Origin: Cenarchaeum sp.
GTDB lineage: Archaea > Thermoproteota > Nitrososphaeria > Nitrososphaerales > Nitrosopumilaceae
DNA length: 64,000 nt
Direction: 5' to 3'
NCBI GenBank assembly: GCA_965206845.1
Contig: OZ242221.1
Coordinates: forward strand, 1,184,001 to 1,248,000
Shown: positions 1 to 8,297 of the stretch, piece by piece
How the letters are laid out: each line of letters opens with the position of its first letter
How positions within the stretch are numbered: position 1 is the first letter of the stretch
Notes under the pieces: model-generated
What the model was told of the DNA's origin: nothing
The model's database searches: none
Seen by the model: only the letters and a program-made list of their open reading frames with translations
Position numbers and translations under genes: made by a program

Positions 1-2
1 AG

Positions 3-593
3 ATGGGCTTTCTCAAAAAGTTCATGATGGAGAATGCGGGCGCCGCCGCCGTGCGCAGACTGTGTGAGAGGGTACCGGATATCGCCTCAAAGGAGGTGCT
101 GATCCTTGCTGGAATGGGAAACAACGGCGGCGACGGCCTGGTGATGGCAAGGCACCTAGCGGGGCACGGGGCCCGGGTCACGGTGATACTGCTGGGCACC
201 CACGACAGGATAAGGACCGAGGAGAGCAGCTGGAACTGGTCCATACTCAAAAAGATGCCTTCGGTAAGGCTGATGGAGGGATGTGACTCCTACCCAAGAC
301 CGGACGTGATGATCGACGCCGTCTTGGGCACCGGGATTGCAGGCGACATAAGGGAGCCCTACGCGTCGGCCATCCGGCACATCAATGGCACCGAATGCTT
401 TACGATGGCAGTCGATGTGCCATCGGGCCTGAACCCAGAGACCGGCCTGGCGGCGACCCCGTCCGTCCGGGCCGACGTCACCGTCACCTTTCACAAGATG
501 AAGCGGGGAATCCCACAGAGACCTGATCTGACAGGACGCGTGTACGTGGAAAAGATCGGGATACCGCCCGAGGCCGAGGAGGGAGTCCTGTGA
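3..593 (+). CDS. nnrE: NAD(P)H-hydrate epimerase (YjeF N-terminal family), probably 5'-truncated by window
   Basis: Motifs MMENAG, GxGNNGGDGLVMARHL, DAVLGTG, AVDVPSG. Confidence 0.9.
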   Translation: MGFLKKFMMENAGAAAVRRLCERVPDIASKEVLILAGMGNNGGDGLVMARHLAGHGARVTVILLGTHDRIRTEESSWNWSILKKMPSVRLMEGCDSYPRPDVMIDAVLGTGIAGDIREPYASAIRHINGTECFTMAVDVPSGLNPETGLAATPSVRADVTVTFHKMKRGIPQRPDLTGRVYVEKIGIPPEAEEGVL

Positions 594-1201
594 AGGTTCA
601 CCAGATACAGGTGGGCGGCATGCTCAACTTCACATACGTCATTGAGGACGAGAAGACCGGCCAGGCGATCCTGCTGGATCCCTCCTGGGATCTGGACAAG
701 GTAAAGGAGGTCATAACCCGCAACTCCCTGGAGATAAAATACATCATAAACACGCACCACCACTTTGACCACACCATGGGAAACGAGACCATGGCAAGGC
801 ACACGGGCGCAAAGATAGTGCAGCACGAGGAGTCGGAGCTGCACCACGACATGGCGGTAAAAGACGGCGATACCATACAGTTTGGCGACTCGCAGCTTCT
901 TGTGCACCACACGCCGGGCCACTCCCGGGACAGCATCTGCCTGACAGGCGACGGCAAGATCTTCTCCGGCGACACCCTCTTTGTGGGCAACTGCGGACGG
1001 GTGGATCTTCCCGGCGGCAGCGCGCAGGAGCTCTACCACAGCCTCTTTGGCGTGCTGTACGCAATGCCCGACGATCTGGAGCTCTTCCCGGGCCACAACT
1101 ACGGCTCTGTCGAGACCTCGACACTGGGCCGGGAGAAGAGGGTGAACCCCGTGATGCGGCGCATACCGGAGCAAGAGTTCGTATCCATGATGGGGCAGTA
1201 G
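590..1201 (+). CDS. MBL-fold metallo-hydrolase (glyoxalase II-like)
   Basis: THHHFDH, HTPGHS, SGDTLF, PGHNY motifs; GTGA overlap with upstream gene. Confidence 0.88.
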   Translation: MKVHQIQVGGMLNFTYVIEDEKTGQAILLDPSWDLDKVKEVITRNSLEIKYIINTHHHFDHTMGNETMARHTGAKIVQHEESELHHDMAVKDGDTIQFGDSQLLVHHTPGHSRDSICLTGDGKIFSGDTLFVGNCGRVDLPGGSAQELYHSLFGVLYAMPDDLELFPGHNYGSVETSTLGREKRVNPVMRRIPEQEFVSMMGQ

Positions 1202-1203
1202 CC

Positions 1204-2238
1204 TTGGAGGGAATCAGGGCCTACGGCGCAGAAGAGTTTGCCAAAAGCCTGGAGGGGAAGCGGTTTCTGTTCTCCCTTGTCATGTCGTACACCCGTACCT
1301 GCGAGATACCCGGCATCACCGTTGCCGGCGCAAACCCGGACATGCTAAAGTTCACGCCGCCGGCAGACGCAGAGTTCATCCGCTACGGGCGCTGCAGGTG
1401 CATCGACGCCATACCAATGACGCCAGACGGCAAGCCCACGCCGGCGCTCTTCACCCGCGTGGCGCTAAACGCAGCCGACATCCCCTTTGTCGCAATAGAC
1501 GCAGGCGGCGTCATAGAGCCGCAGATGCCCTTCATTCAGACAGGACTCAAACCGGGCGGGGACATCTCCCGGGAGCCGGCAATGTCCAAACCCTCCCTCC
1601 TGAGGGCCATAGAGTACGGCAAGGCGACGGGCCAGATGCTGGCGCCGCTGACTGACTGCCTGGTGATAGGGGAGAGCCTTCCGGGGGGGACCACCACGGC
1701 GCAGGCGGTGATGAGGGGACTGGGAATCGACGCCCGGTCAAGCTCCAGCATGCCCAAAAACCCCGTGTTCCTGAAGGAGAAGGTCGTAGCGGCCGCGCTG
1801 GACAGGCTGCATTCCAGCGACCCGCAAGACATAATATCACAGCTGGCAGACCCCATGATCCCGTTTGTTGCTGGCATGCTCTCATCGGCATCCCGGACCG
1901 CCCGCGTCATGCTTGCCGGGGGAACGCAGATGGCAGCCGTTCTGGCAGTCGCCAGATCCCTGAACCTTGGGATAAGGAGCACCGCCATAGGGACCACCAG
2001 GTACATCACAGACGACAGGACCGCCAACCTCCTGGACATGGCAGACGTGCCCGTGCTGGCAGTGGATCCAGGCGTCTCAGGCTCCCACATAGGCGGGCTC
2101 CGGGCGTTCTCCGAGGGCTTTGCCAAGGAGGGCGCCGGCGCCGGCGGCAGCATGATATCTGCCGTCCTCAAGGCGGGCATCACAACATCACGCCTGCGCA
2201 CCCTCGCAGAGGCCGAGTACGCCCGGATATCTACCTGA
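1204..2238 (+). CDS. cobT: Archaeal nicotinate-nucleotide:dimethylbenzimidazole phosphoribosyltransferase (CobT-like)
   Basis: IPGITVAG, PTPALFT, GESLPGGTTTA, LAGGTQM, KEGAGAGG motifs. Confidence 0.85.
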   Translation: MEGIRAYGAEEFAKSLEGKRFLFSLVMSYTRTCEIPGITVAGANPDMLKFTPPADAEFIRYGRCRCIDAIPMTPDGKPTPALFTRVALNAADIPFVAIDAGGVIEPQMPFIQTGLKPGGDISREPAMSKPSLLRAIEYGKATGQMLAPLTDCLVIGESLPGGTTTAQAVMRGLGIDARSSSSMPKNPVFLKEKVVAAALDRLHSSDPQDIISQLADPMIPFVAGMLSSASRTARVMLAGGTQMAAVLAVARSLNLGIRSTAIGTTRYITDDRTANLLDMADVPVLAVDPGVSGSHIGGLRAFSEGFAKEGAGAGGSMISAVLKAGITTSRLRTLAEAEYARIST

Positions 2239-3991
2239 CGGTGACTGACTTTGCAAGGTTTCTGGGCCGGTCGGGGTTCGTATCCCTCTCCAGGGCGGTA
2301 TAGTACGAGAGCAGCTGAATCGGGACTATCTCCACTATGGGGTATATGGACTCGTGCAGCTTTGGAATCCGGATCCAGTGATCGTACAGATCGCTGGGGC
2401 GGTCCGATACGCCGATTATCCTGGCGCCCCGGGCCTTGATCTCGCTTGTGCTGTTTATCATGTCCTGGTATGTCTCGTCATCTGGATTTATCACGATTAC
2501 ATGCGTGCCGGGGCCCATCAGCGCCAGCGGCCCGTGCTTGAGCTCGCCACCGGGAATGCCCTCGGCATGTATGTAGGAGAGCTCCTTGAGCTTCAGGGCG
2601 GCCTCGGCGGCGATCGGGTGGTGGACGCCCCTTCCCAGCACGTAGATGTCTGATGAGTCCCTAAGCTCCGAGGCAATCTTCCTTATCTTGTGATAGTCTG
2701 CCAGTATGCCGCTTATGGCATGGGATATCTCCCCAAAGTCCACCTTCAGGCACCCGTGGCACAGCCTGTCGACGATCTGGTATATGACCGCCAGCTGCGC
2801 GGTGAAACTCTTGGTGGCCGCCACGCCGATCTCGGGCCCGCAGTTCATGGCCAGCACCTGCGACGACTCCTGCGCCAGGGACGAGAGGAGCATGTTGACG
2901 ATGGAGATGACTCTGGCGCCCGACCTCTTTGCTATGCGCACAGCTTCTAAGACGTCGGCGCTCTCGCCGCTCTGGGATATTGCGATCAGCACCGAGCCCG
3001 GATCGATGGATCCTGGCGTAAACGGCATCTCGCTGGATATTATGGGCTCAAGCCGCACCCCTGCATACTTTGAGAGCAGGTATCTTGCCACCAAGGCGGC
3101 ATTGTAGCTGGTGCCGCTGCCTGTTATGTATGCGGACCCGGCATTCCGGATTAAGGTGGCGGCATGCTCTATGGCGTCTGCGGCCCCCTCGCCGGACCGG
3201 AGCACCGTGTCTGGCTGCTCGGATATCTCCTTTTGCGTAAAGTGGGCAAACTCGCCCCTGTACACGTCGGCAAACTCCTTTGAGACCTTGGTCAGCGGCC
3301 TCCTGACCCGGTTCCCCTCAAAGTCGTAGATGTCCAGACCCGCGTCCCCGATGACTGCCACGTCCCCGCTGTCCATGTATATGGCGTCATCGGTCTTCTC
3401 GATGAATCCCAATACGTCGCTTGACAGAAAGTGCGCGCCGCCCCTGACACCTATGATCAGCGGCACGTGAAGCCTGGCGGCTGCCAGCGTGCCGTCCTCA
3501 AACATGGCCACAAACGCATAGTCGCCACGTATCCTGCGCACGGTCCTGAGCACGGCCTCCAGGATGTCGCCCGCATCGTCATAGTTCTTCTGGAGCAGGT
3601 TTGCCAGCACCTCGGTGTCAGTCTCCGACTCGAATGTAAACCCGCAGGACAGCAGCTCCTCCTTGAGCTCCTTGTGGTTCTCGACTATGCCGTTGTGCAC
3701 CAGGGCCAGGCCGCCGGTGCTGCTAGAGTGGGGGTGCGCGTTGATATCCGTTATGCCACCGTGGGACGCCCATCGGGTGTGGCCTATTCCGATGGTGCCT
3801 TTCATCGAGTCCAGCCCGACGGACTTGTTTACGGCGGACACCCCGCCGACGCCCTTCCTTACCTGAATCCTGCCCCGGCTCCGGGTGGCCACGCCGACGC
3901 TGTCGTACCCGCGATACTCCATGCGCTTCAGTCCGTGCACCAGGATGGGGGCCGCGACGCCGCGCCCGCGATAGCCGATTATCGAACACAT
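2231..3991 (-). CDS. glmS: Glutamine--fructose-6-phosphate transaminase (isomerizing)
   Basis: N-terminal MCSIIG, EYRGYDS, GHTRWASHG, SQSGE, ELKHGP, C-terminal PRNLAKSVTV. Confidence 0.97.
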   Translation of the reverse strand: MCSIIGYRGRGVAAPILVHGLKRMEYRGYDSVGVATRSRGRIQVRKGVGGVSAVNKSVGLDSMKGTIGIGHTRWASHGGITDINAHPHSSSTGGLALVHNGIVENHKELKEELLSCGFTFESETDTEVLANLLQKNYDDAGDILEAVLRTVRRIRGDYAFVAMFEDGTLAAARLHVPLIIGVRGGAHFLSSDVLGFIEKTDDAIYMDSGDVAVIGDAGLDIYDFEGNRVRRPLTKVSKEFADVYRGEFAHFTQKEISEQPDTVLRSGEGAADAIEHAATLIRNAGSAYITGSGTSYNAALVARYLLSKYAGVRLEPIISSEMPFTPGSIDPGSVLIAISQSGESADVLEAVRIAKRSGARVISIVNMLLSSLAQESSQVLAMNCGPEIGVAATKSFTAQLAVIYQIVDRLCHGCLKVDFGEISHAISGILADYHKIRKIASELRDSSDIYVLGRGVHHPIAAEAALKLKELSYIHAEGIPGGELKHGPLALMGPGTHVIVINPDDETYQDMINSTSEIKARGARIIGVSDRPSDLYDHWIRIPKLHESIYPIVEIVPIQLLSYYTALERDTNPDRPRNLAKSVTVR

Positions 3992-4037
3992 ATGTCTACT
4001 TTATCCAGTACTGGCATATTTACAGATACTTGCGCGG

Positions 4038-5714
4038 TTACGGGGAATTATATACATGAGTACGCAGTACCCTGCCTTTTTGTGGCGCTCTTGCAATCCC
4101 TCCCACGCGTGGCTCTTGCGTGTTGTTTGCGGAGCGTCCGGAAGCAATCCCGGCCTGGAATCTTACGCCTTTGGACGACGATCCCCGCCGCCCTGCCGCC
4201 ATGGCTGTCGCCTTGGAGGCAATGTTATGCGCCGCGTTTATGTCGGCGTTGATGTCATTGTCACACTTGTCATTGGTGCAGTGGAACTTTCCCTGCGATA
4301 TGCGGGAGTCCCTGTCTTTGTGGCCGCACATGTGGCATGTGATGCTCGTGCCACTTGGGTCGACCGTGATGACCGCAACGCCCATGTTTTCGCATGTCTG
4401 CTCAATCTGGCTCAGGAACGTCCTCGGGCGCGAGTATGCCATCTCGCGGTTGAGGCCGGTCTTGGCGGAGCTTCCCTTGCCTTTGCCCCTGGCCGTCATG
4501 TTCCTGATGTTCAGGTCCTCGATGACAACCGTGCCGGCGCCGTCGGCTATCCTCTTGGACGCGTGTCGCTCCCAGTTGGTCTGCTTGTTGGCAATCTTCT
4601 CACGCTTCTTGCGGATCCTCCTTTGCAGATCCTTGTAGCTGCGGGACTTGGGGTTCCTGGACCTATTCCTGTTGCTGCCGTTCGTGTTTTTGCCCCCGTC
4701 GTTTGCGCCACCATTGCGAGCCTTGATCCTCCTGCTGCCGCTGCCTCCCCCCTTTCGTGAGAGCTCCGCATACATCTTCGATATGTCGTCGTTCTTCGTC
4801 CTCTTGCTGCCGTCCGGGATGTCGTGGAACTCGGCGTAGCCGGTATCAAGGTCGACGGTGGTGGCGTTGTGAACTATGCCCATGTCGACCCCCCTGATGA
4901 CATCTGACGTTTCGGGCTTTGGCGCCTCCATCCCGACCTGTATGTGAAGCCTGTACGTCCTGTTGTGTTTTTCGGTGAGCCTAGTGGTCTTCTTGGTCGT
5001 CTCCACCAACTGGAAGGATCGCATGTCCAATCCCTCAACGTCATCATGCACCTTCACGGTACCGATGCCGGGAAGCATCACCATGCCGTTGCCCTTGGAC
5101 ACCGGCTTCTCGAACACGGAGAGGGACCGCATTTTTCCCTTCCTCTTGAACAGGTCGCCCCTGTGGCTCCACTTGTTCTTTTTGTTGCTCCATTTGTTGG
5201 ATGGTAAATTTGCCGCCGTGTCAACATCCTCAACTCCCTCCTTTTCCCTGTAGCGCCTGGCCAGGTGTTTCCACAGTGCGTTGTTGCGGCGCTTTTTCCC
5301 GTTGGATTCTATGAACTTCTTTACCGCGTCCAGGCCCTGGCGGAGCCCTACCCTCTGAACCCTGCTGTCGCAGGCCTCCCTGATCCCGGCAGTCCGCGCA
5401 TAGTCATCATGGACCAGCCACGCCTTCGCGTTCCTCCATTTCGTGAGCATCCTGCAGAGGTCATAGAATGTTACGTCAGGGCTTCTGAGCGCCTCCTGGA
5501 CGGCCATGTTGAACGCCCACCTCTGTTGATCCATGTGACGCGATATGAGGACGGAAAGATCACCGGACTGGTCAAAGTCCGCCTTTATGGTGCGGATCAT
5601 CGTGTCTGGCGTAGCCGCCGTGGCGGATTTCGCTTTCGCTTCTGGCTCTGGCGCGGCTGCCGTTGCCACCATATCGATTGATTTCATTACCGCATTCAAT
5701 ATTCCACATCGCAT
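4038..5714 (-). CDS. tnpB: TnpB RNA-guided endonuclease (true start may be a downstream ATG)
   Basis: RuvC-I GVDMG, RuvC-II VIEDL, Zn finger CHMC...CTNDKC, RuvC-III NADINAAHNI; all three catalytic acidic residues present. Confidence 0.93.
   Translation of the reverse strand: MRCGILNAVMKSIDMVATAAAPEPEAKAKSATAATPDTMIRTIKADFDQSGDLSVLISRHMDQQRWAFNMAVQEALRSPDVTFYDLCRMLTKWRNAKAWLVHDDYARTAGIREACDSRVQRVGLRQGLDAVKKFIESNGKKRRNNALWKHLARRYREKEGVEDVDTAANLPSNKWSNKKNKWSHRGDLFKRKGKMRSLSVFEKPVSKGNGMVMLPGIGTVKVHDDVEGLDMRSFQLVETTKKTTRLTEKHNRTYRLHIQVGMEAPKPETSDVIRGVDMGIVHNATTVDLDTGYAEFHDIPDGSKRTKNDDISKMYAELSRKGGGSGSRRIKARNGGANDGGKNTNGSNRNRSRNPKSRSYKDLQRRIRKKREKIANKQTNWERHASKRIADGAGTVVIEDLNIRNMTARGKGKGSSAKTGLNREMAYSRPRTFLSQIEQTCENMGVAVITVDPSGTSITCHMCGHKDRDSRISQGKFHCTNDKCDNDINADINAAHNIASKATAMAAGRRGSSSKGVRFQAGIASGRSANNTQEPRVGGIARAPQKGRVLRTHVYNSP
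4041..4175 (-). ncRNA. Putative omegaRNA (reRNA) scaffold copy 1, overlapping tnpB 3' end
   Basis: Canonical omegaRNA position; hairpins CCGGGA-TTGC-TTCCGG and GGGTAC-TGC-GTACTC; 5' boundary uncertain. Confidence 0.7.
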
Positions 5715-5794
5715 AAAAGCGCCGATGCAACACTGTCATTAGTATGCAGACCATGCAGACTGTCAATACCGTAATGGCCATTTTTGCCACTGGT

Positions 5795-5926
5795 CGGGCG
5801 CGAGACTCCGGCGCGGGATTGCTCCCGCGCGTTCCGTGAATCAAACGCGAGAACCAAGCGTTGGAGGGATTGCAAGAGCGCCACAAAAAGGCAGGGGTAC
5901 TGCGTACTCATGTATATAATTCCCCG
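5795..5926 (+). ncRNA. Putative omegaRNA scaffold copy 2, inverted, upstream of tnpB
   Basis: Homologous to copy 1; outer ~63 bp identical except a 1-nt indel; hairpin GCGCGGGA-TTGC-TCCCGCGC keeps pairing despite substitutions. Confidence 0.62.
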
Positions 5927-5927
5927 G

Positions 5928-6476
5928 TTACGCCTCTACGATTGCCACGTCGGGCGCAGGCGCCTCTTCTGCGGGAGCCTTCTTTAGGATGTCGCCAAAC
6001 GACGAGCCCGGCGTAAGCCCGATCCCGTCCTCCTCCGCCACTGTCACGATATACGACGGAATGTCAATTACCCTGTCCCCGATTGATATGTGCCCGTGCA
6101 CCACGGCCTGCCGTGCCTGGTATGCCGTCTTGAAGCCCATCCTCTTTACGATTATGGTCTGCAGCCTCCTCTGCAGCAGGTCGGTCACCTGCAGGTTCAG
6201 CACGTCATCCAGCGTTGACTCGGCCTGTATGAGGCCTATGCGCGCAAGCGAGCTGAGCAGTATCGGCTCCCGTTCCTGCCTCTCCTCCTGCCTCAGCGCT
6301 AGGAGAGCGCGGGCCTGCTTTCTTAGCCTTGAGAGCTCGGTGTGCGTCTTCCAGAGCTCCCTCTTGGTTCTGAGCCCAAAGTCGCCCAAGGTCTTGAGCT
6401 CCTCCACCTTTAGATCATAATTGAGCGGGCGCTTTGGCTTTCTCCAGTTCTTTCTTGGCAGCTTTGGATCTCCCAT
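5928..6476 (-). CDS. rps4: 30S ribosomal protein S4 (uS4)
   Basis: MGDPK...GLRTKRELW...RRLQT...QARQAVVHGHI. Confidence 0.97.
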   Translation of the reverse strand: MGDPKLPRKNWRKPKRPLNYDLKVEELKTLGDFGLRTKRELWKTHTELSRLRKQARALLALRQEERQEREPILLSSLARIGLIQAESTLDDVLNLQVTDLLQRRLQTIIVKRMGFKTAYQARQAVVHGHISIGDRVIDIPSYIVTVAEEDGIGLTPGSSFGDILKKAPAEEAPAPDVAIVEA

Positions 6477-6485
6477 GGTATCACC

Positions 6486-6968
6486 CTATTTGGATCCCCC
6501 GGACTTTGCCGGTTGAATCTTTCCGCCCTTGGCCACCCCGACGGCTCCGCCTCTCCTTCCGGCGGTGCGGGTGCGCTGGCCTCTTACCTTGAGGCCGTAC
6601 ATGTGGCGGTAGCCCCTCCAGCTGCCGCTGATCCTCTCCCTCTCCACGTCATTGCGTATGGTAAACTCGATATCGGAGTTGAAGATGTGCTTGTTCTCCC
6701 CGGTCTCCGCATCCTTGCGCCTGTTGAGGAACCATGTGGGAATGTCGGCAGCCTTAGGATCCTGCAGGATCTTCTCGATGGACTCCACCTGCGGCTCGGT
6801 CAGGTATCCGATGTGCGAGCTGGGGCGTATGCCGGTCATATCAAGGATCGCTGTGGAAAAGCTGCGGCCCACGCCGCGGATCTGGGTCATGCCCACAAGT
6901 ATTGTCTTGTCTCCGGGGATGTCATTGCCGAGAATCCTCACTATATGTCTGTACTCCTGGTCGGCCAA
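6486..6968 (-). CDS. rps13: 30S ribosomal protein S13 (uS13); start reassigned to TTG at 6968
   Basis: [36 protein letters not shown]. Confidence 0.95.
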   Translation of the reverse strand: MADQEYRHIVRILGNDIPGDKTILVGMTQIRGVGRSFSTAILDMTGIRPSSHIGYLTEPQVESIEKILQDPKAADIPTWFLNRRKDAETGENKHIFNSDIEFTIRNDVERERISGSWRGYRHMYGLKVRGQRTRTAGRRGGAVGVAKGGKIQPAKSGGSK

Positions 6969-7186
6969 GTATGCAAAATTCAAGATATCCCTGATAAAAA
7001 CCATTGCTGGGGCAGTCGCGATCGGGCTCCTGCCTGCCGCGCCCCGATATGGGCCCGGATCCCGCACGGCAACCCGGACGGACGTGGCAGCGGGGCCCGG
7101 CTCAGCTGCGTGTGGCCGGTATGGCCAGGCGTGGTGTCGGCCCTCATCTTACCTGCGCGCCTAAACCCGGAGCGGCCGTGAAGGAG

Positions 7187-8143
7187 TCATTTCAGGAACA
7201 TCCGTCCGTCGTTCTTTGTCCAGAGCCACTCGTCCTCTGGGTTGTGGTTCTCGATCTCCTGGAGGATGCCCTTGATTTTGGCGCTGATGTTGTCTATGTG
7301 GTGCAGCGCCACGGCCTCTGCAAACTTGGGCACTACCGGGGAGCCCCATTCCCGCTTGCCGTGGTGGCTCAGTATCATGTGGAGGATCTTCTGGCGCAGA
7401 ATCTCCGGAGTGCCTAACCTCTCCATCCTGTCGGCGACCATCTTGTAGCCTATGCTGATGTGGCCCAGCAGCTCCCCCTCCCTGGTAAAGCCAATGGTGG
7501 CCCCGATCTTGTATTCTACAACCTTCCCGATGTCGTGAAGGATGCACCCGGCAACAAGCAGACCGCGATCCAGTTCCGGATGAACAGCGACCACGCCGTT
7601 GGCCAAGTGCACCATGTCAAGCACATGCTCCAAGAGCCCGCCCGCATAGTTGTGATGGTGTATTATTGCAGCAGGGGCCTGCGCATACCTGTTGAAGAAC
7701 TCTGCATCCTCGACAAAGCTCGCCAGTAGCCTGTTCAGGTCGTGGTTGCCGATCTCCACAATAACCGATACAAGCTCTTTCTTCATCTCTTCAATGTCCC
7801 TAGTGGATGTCTTGAGAAAGTCCTTGGCGTCGTGCCCGCCCGATTTTGAGATTCTTCCAGCCGGGGGATTGATTGAAATCTGCGGCTTGTTCAGATATGA
7901 GCTGACTCTTCCATTGGTGACTTCGATGACATCCCCTTCGTCAAACGAGCGGTACACCTGGTTTACCTCCGTCTCGTTGCTTCCGCCCCAGTACTTGAGT
8001 TCGATCTCGCCCGTCCTGTCAGAGATATTTAGTACAAACGAGTATCCGTTCTTGTATGTTCGTGGAGCCTCCTTCTTTGTTACGCCAAAATGGGAATACA
8101 CACGATCCCCGTCCCTTAGATCGCCAACAAACTGCTTTTTCAT
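7187..8143 (-). CDS. OB-fold + HD-domain 3'-5' exoribonuclease (YhaM/Cbf1 family)
   Basis: N-terminal OB fold (ISDRTGEI), APAAxxHHHxYxGGLLEH, LHDIGK, LLGHI, SHHG..EWGSP. Confidence 0.88.
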   Translation of the reverse strand: MKKQFVGDLRDGDRVYSHFGVTKKEAPRTYKNGYSFVLNISDRTGEIELKYWGGSNETEVNQVYRSFDEGDVIEVTNGRVSSYLNKPQISINPPAGRISKSGGHDAKDFLKTSTRDIEEMKKELVSVIVEIGNHDLNRLLASFVEDAEFFNRYAQAPAAIIHHHNYAGGLLEHVLDMVHLANGVVAVHPELDRGLLVAGCILHDIGKVVEYKIGATIGFTREGELLGHISIGYKMVADRMERLGTPEILRQKILHMILSHHGKREWGSPVVPKFAEAVALHHIDNISAKIKGILQEIENHNPEDEWLWTKNDGRMFLK

Positions 8144-8297
8144 GATGTGGCTTGGCCTCTCTGATTTATTTTATTATCGGTTTGTGTGCGTGGATGCCTG
8201 CCTGCCAAGTCAGGCGCAGAGGTCTGCCAAGGCAAAGCGGAGCTGGCCCCCCCAGCCCATGGAATGCTAATAAATCCCCGTATGCCACACCGAACAG

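Larger units (their letters stand above)
4041..5926. mobile_element. Non-autonomous TnpB element with long terminal inverted repeats and target-site duplication
   Basis: Left end CGGGGAATTATATACATGAG..., right end ...CTCATGTATATAATTCCCCG; flanking direct repeat GTTA (4037-4040, 5927-5930), or CGGTTACG (4035-4042, 5925-5932) if the terminal CG is assigned to the target. Confidence 0.85.

Noticed and set aside
3992-4040. glmS ribozyme
   Set aside because: The leader is only about 45 bp and shows no ribozyme-like structure.
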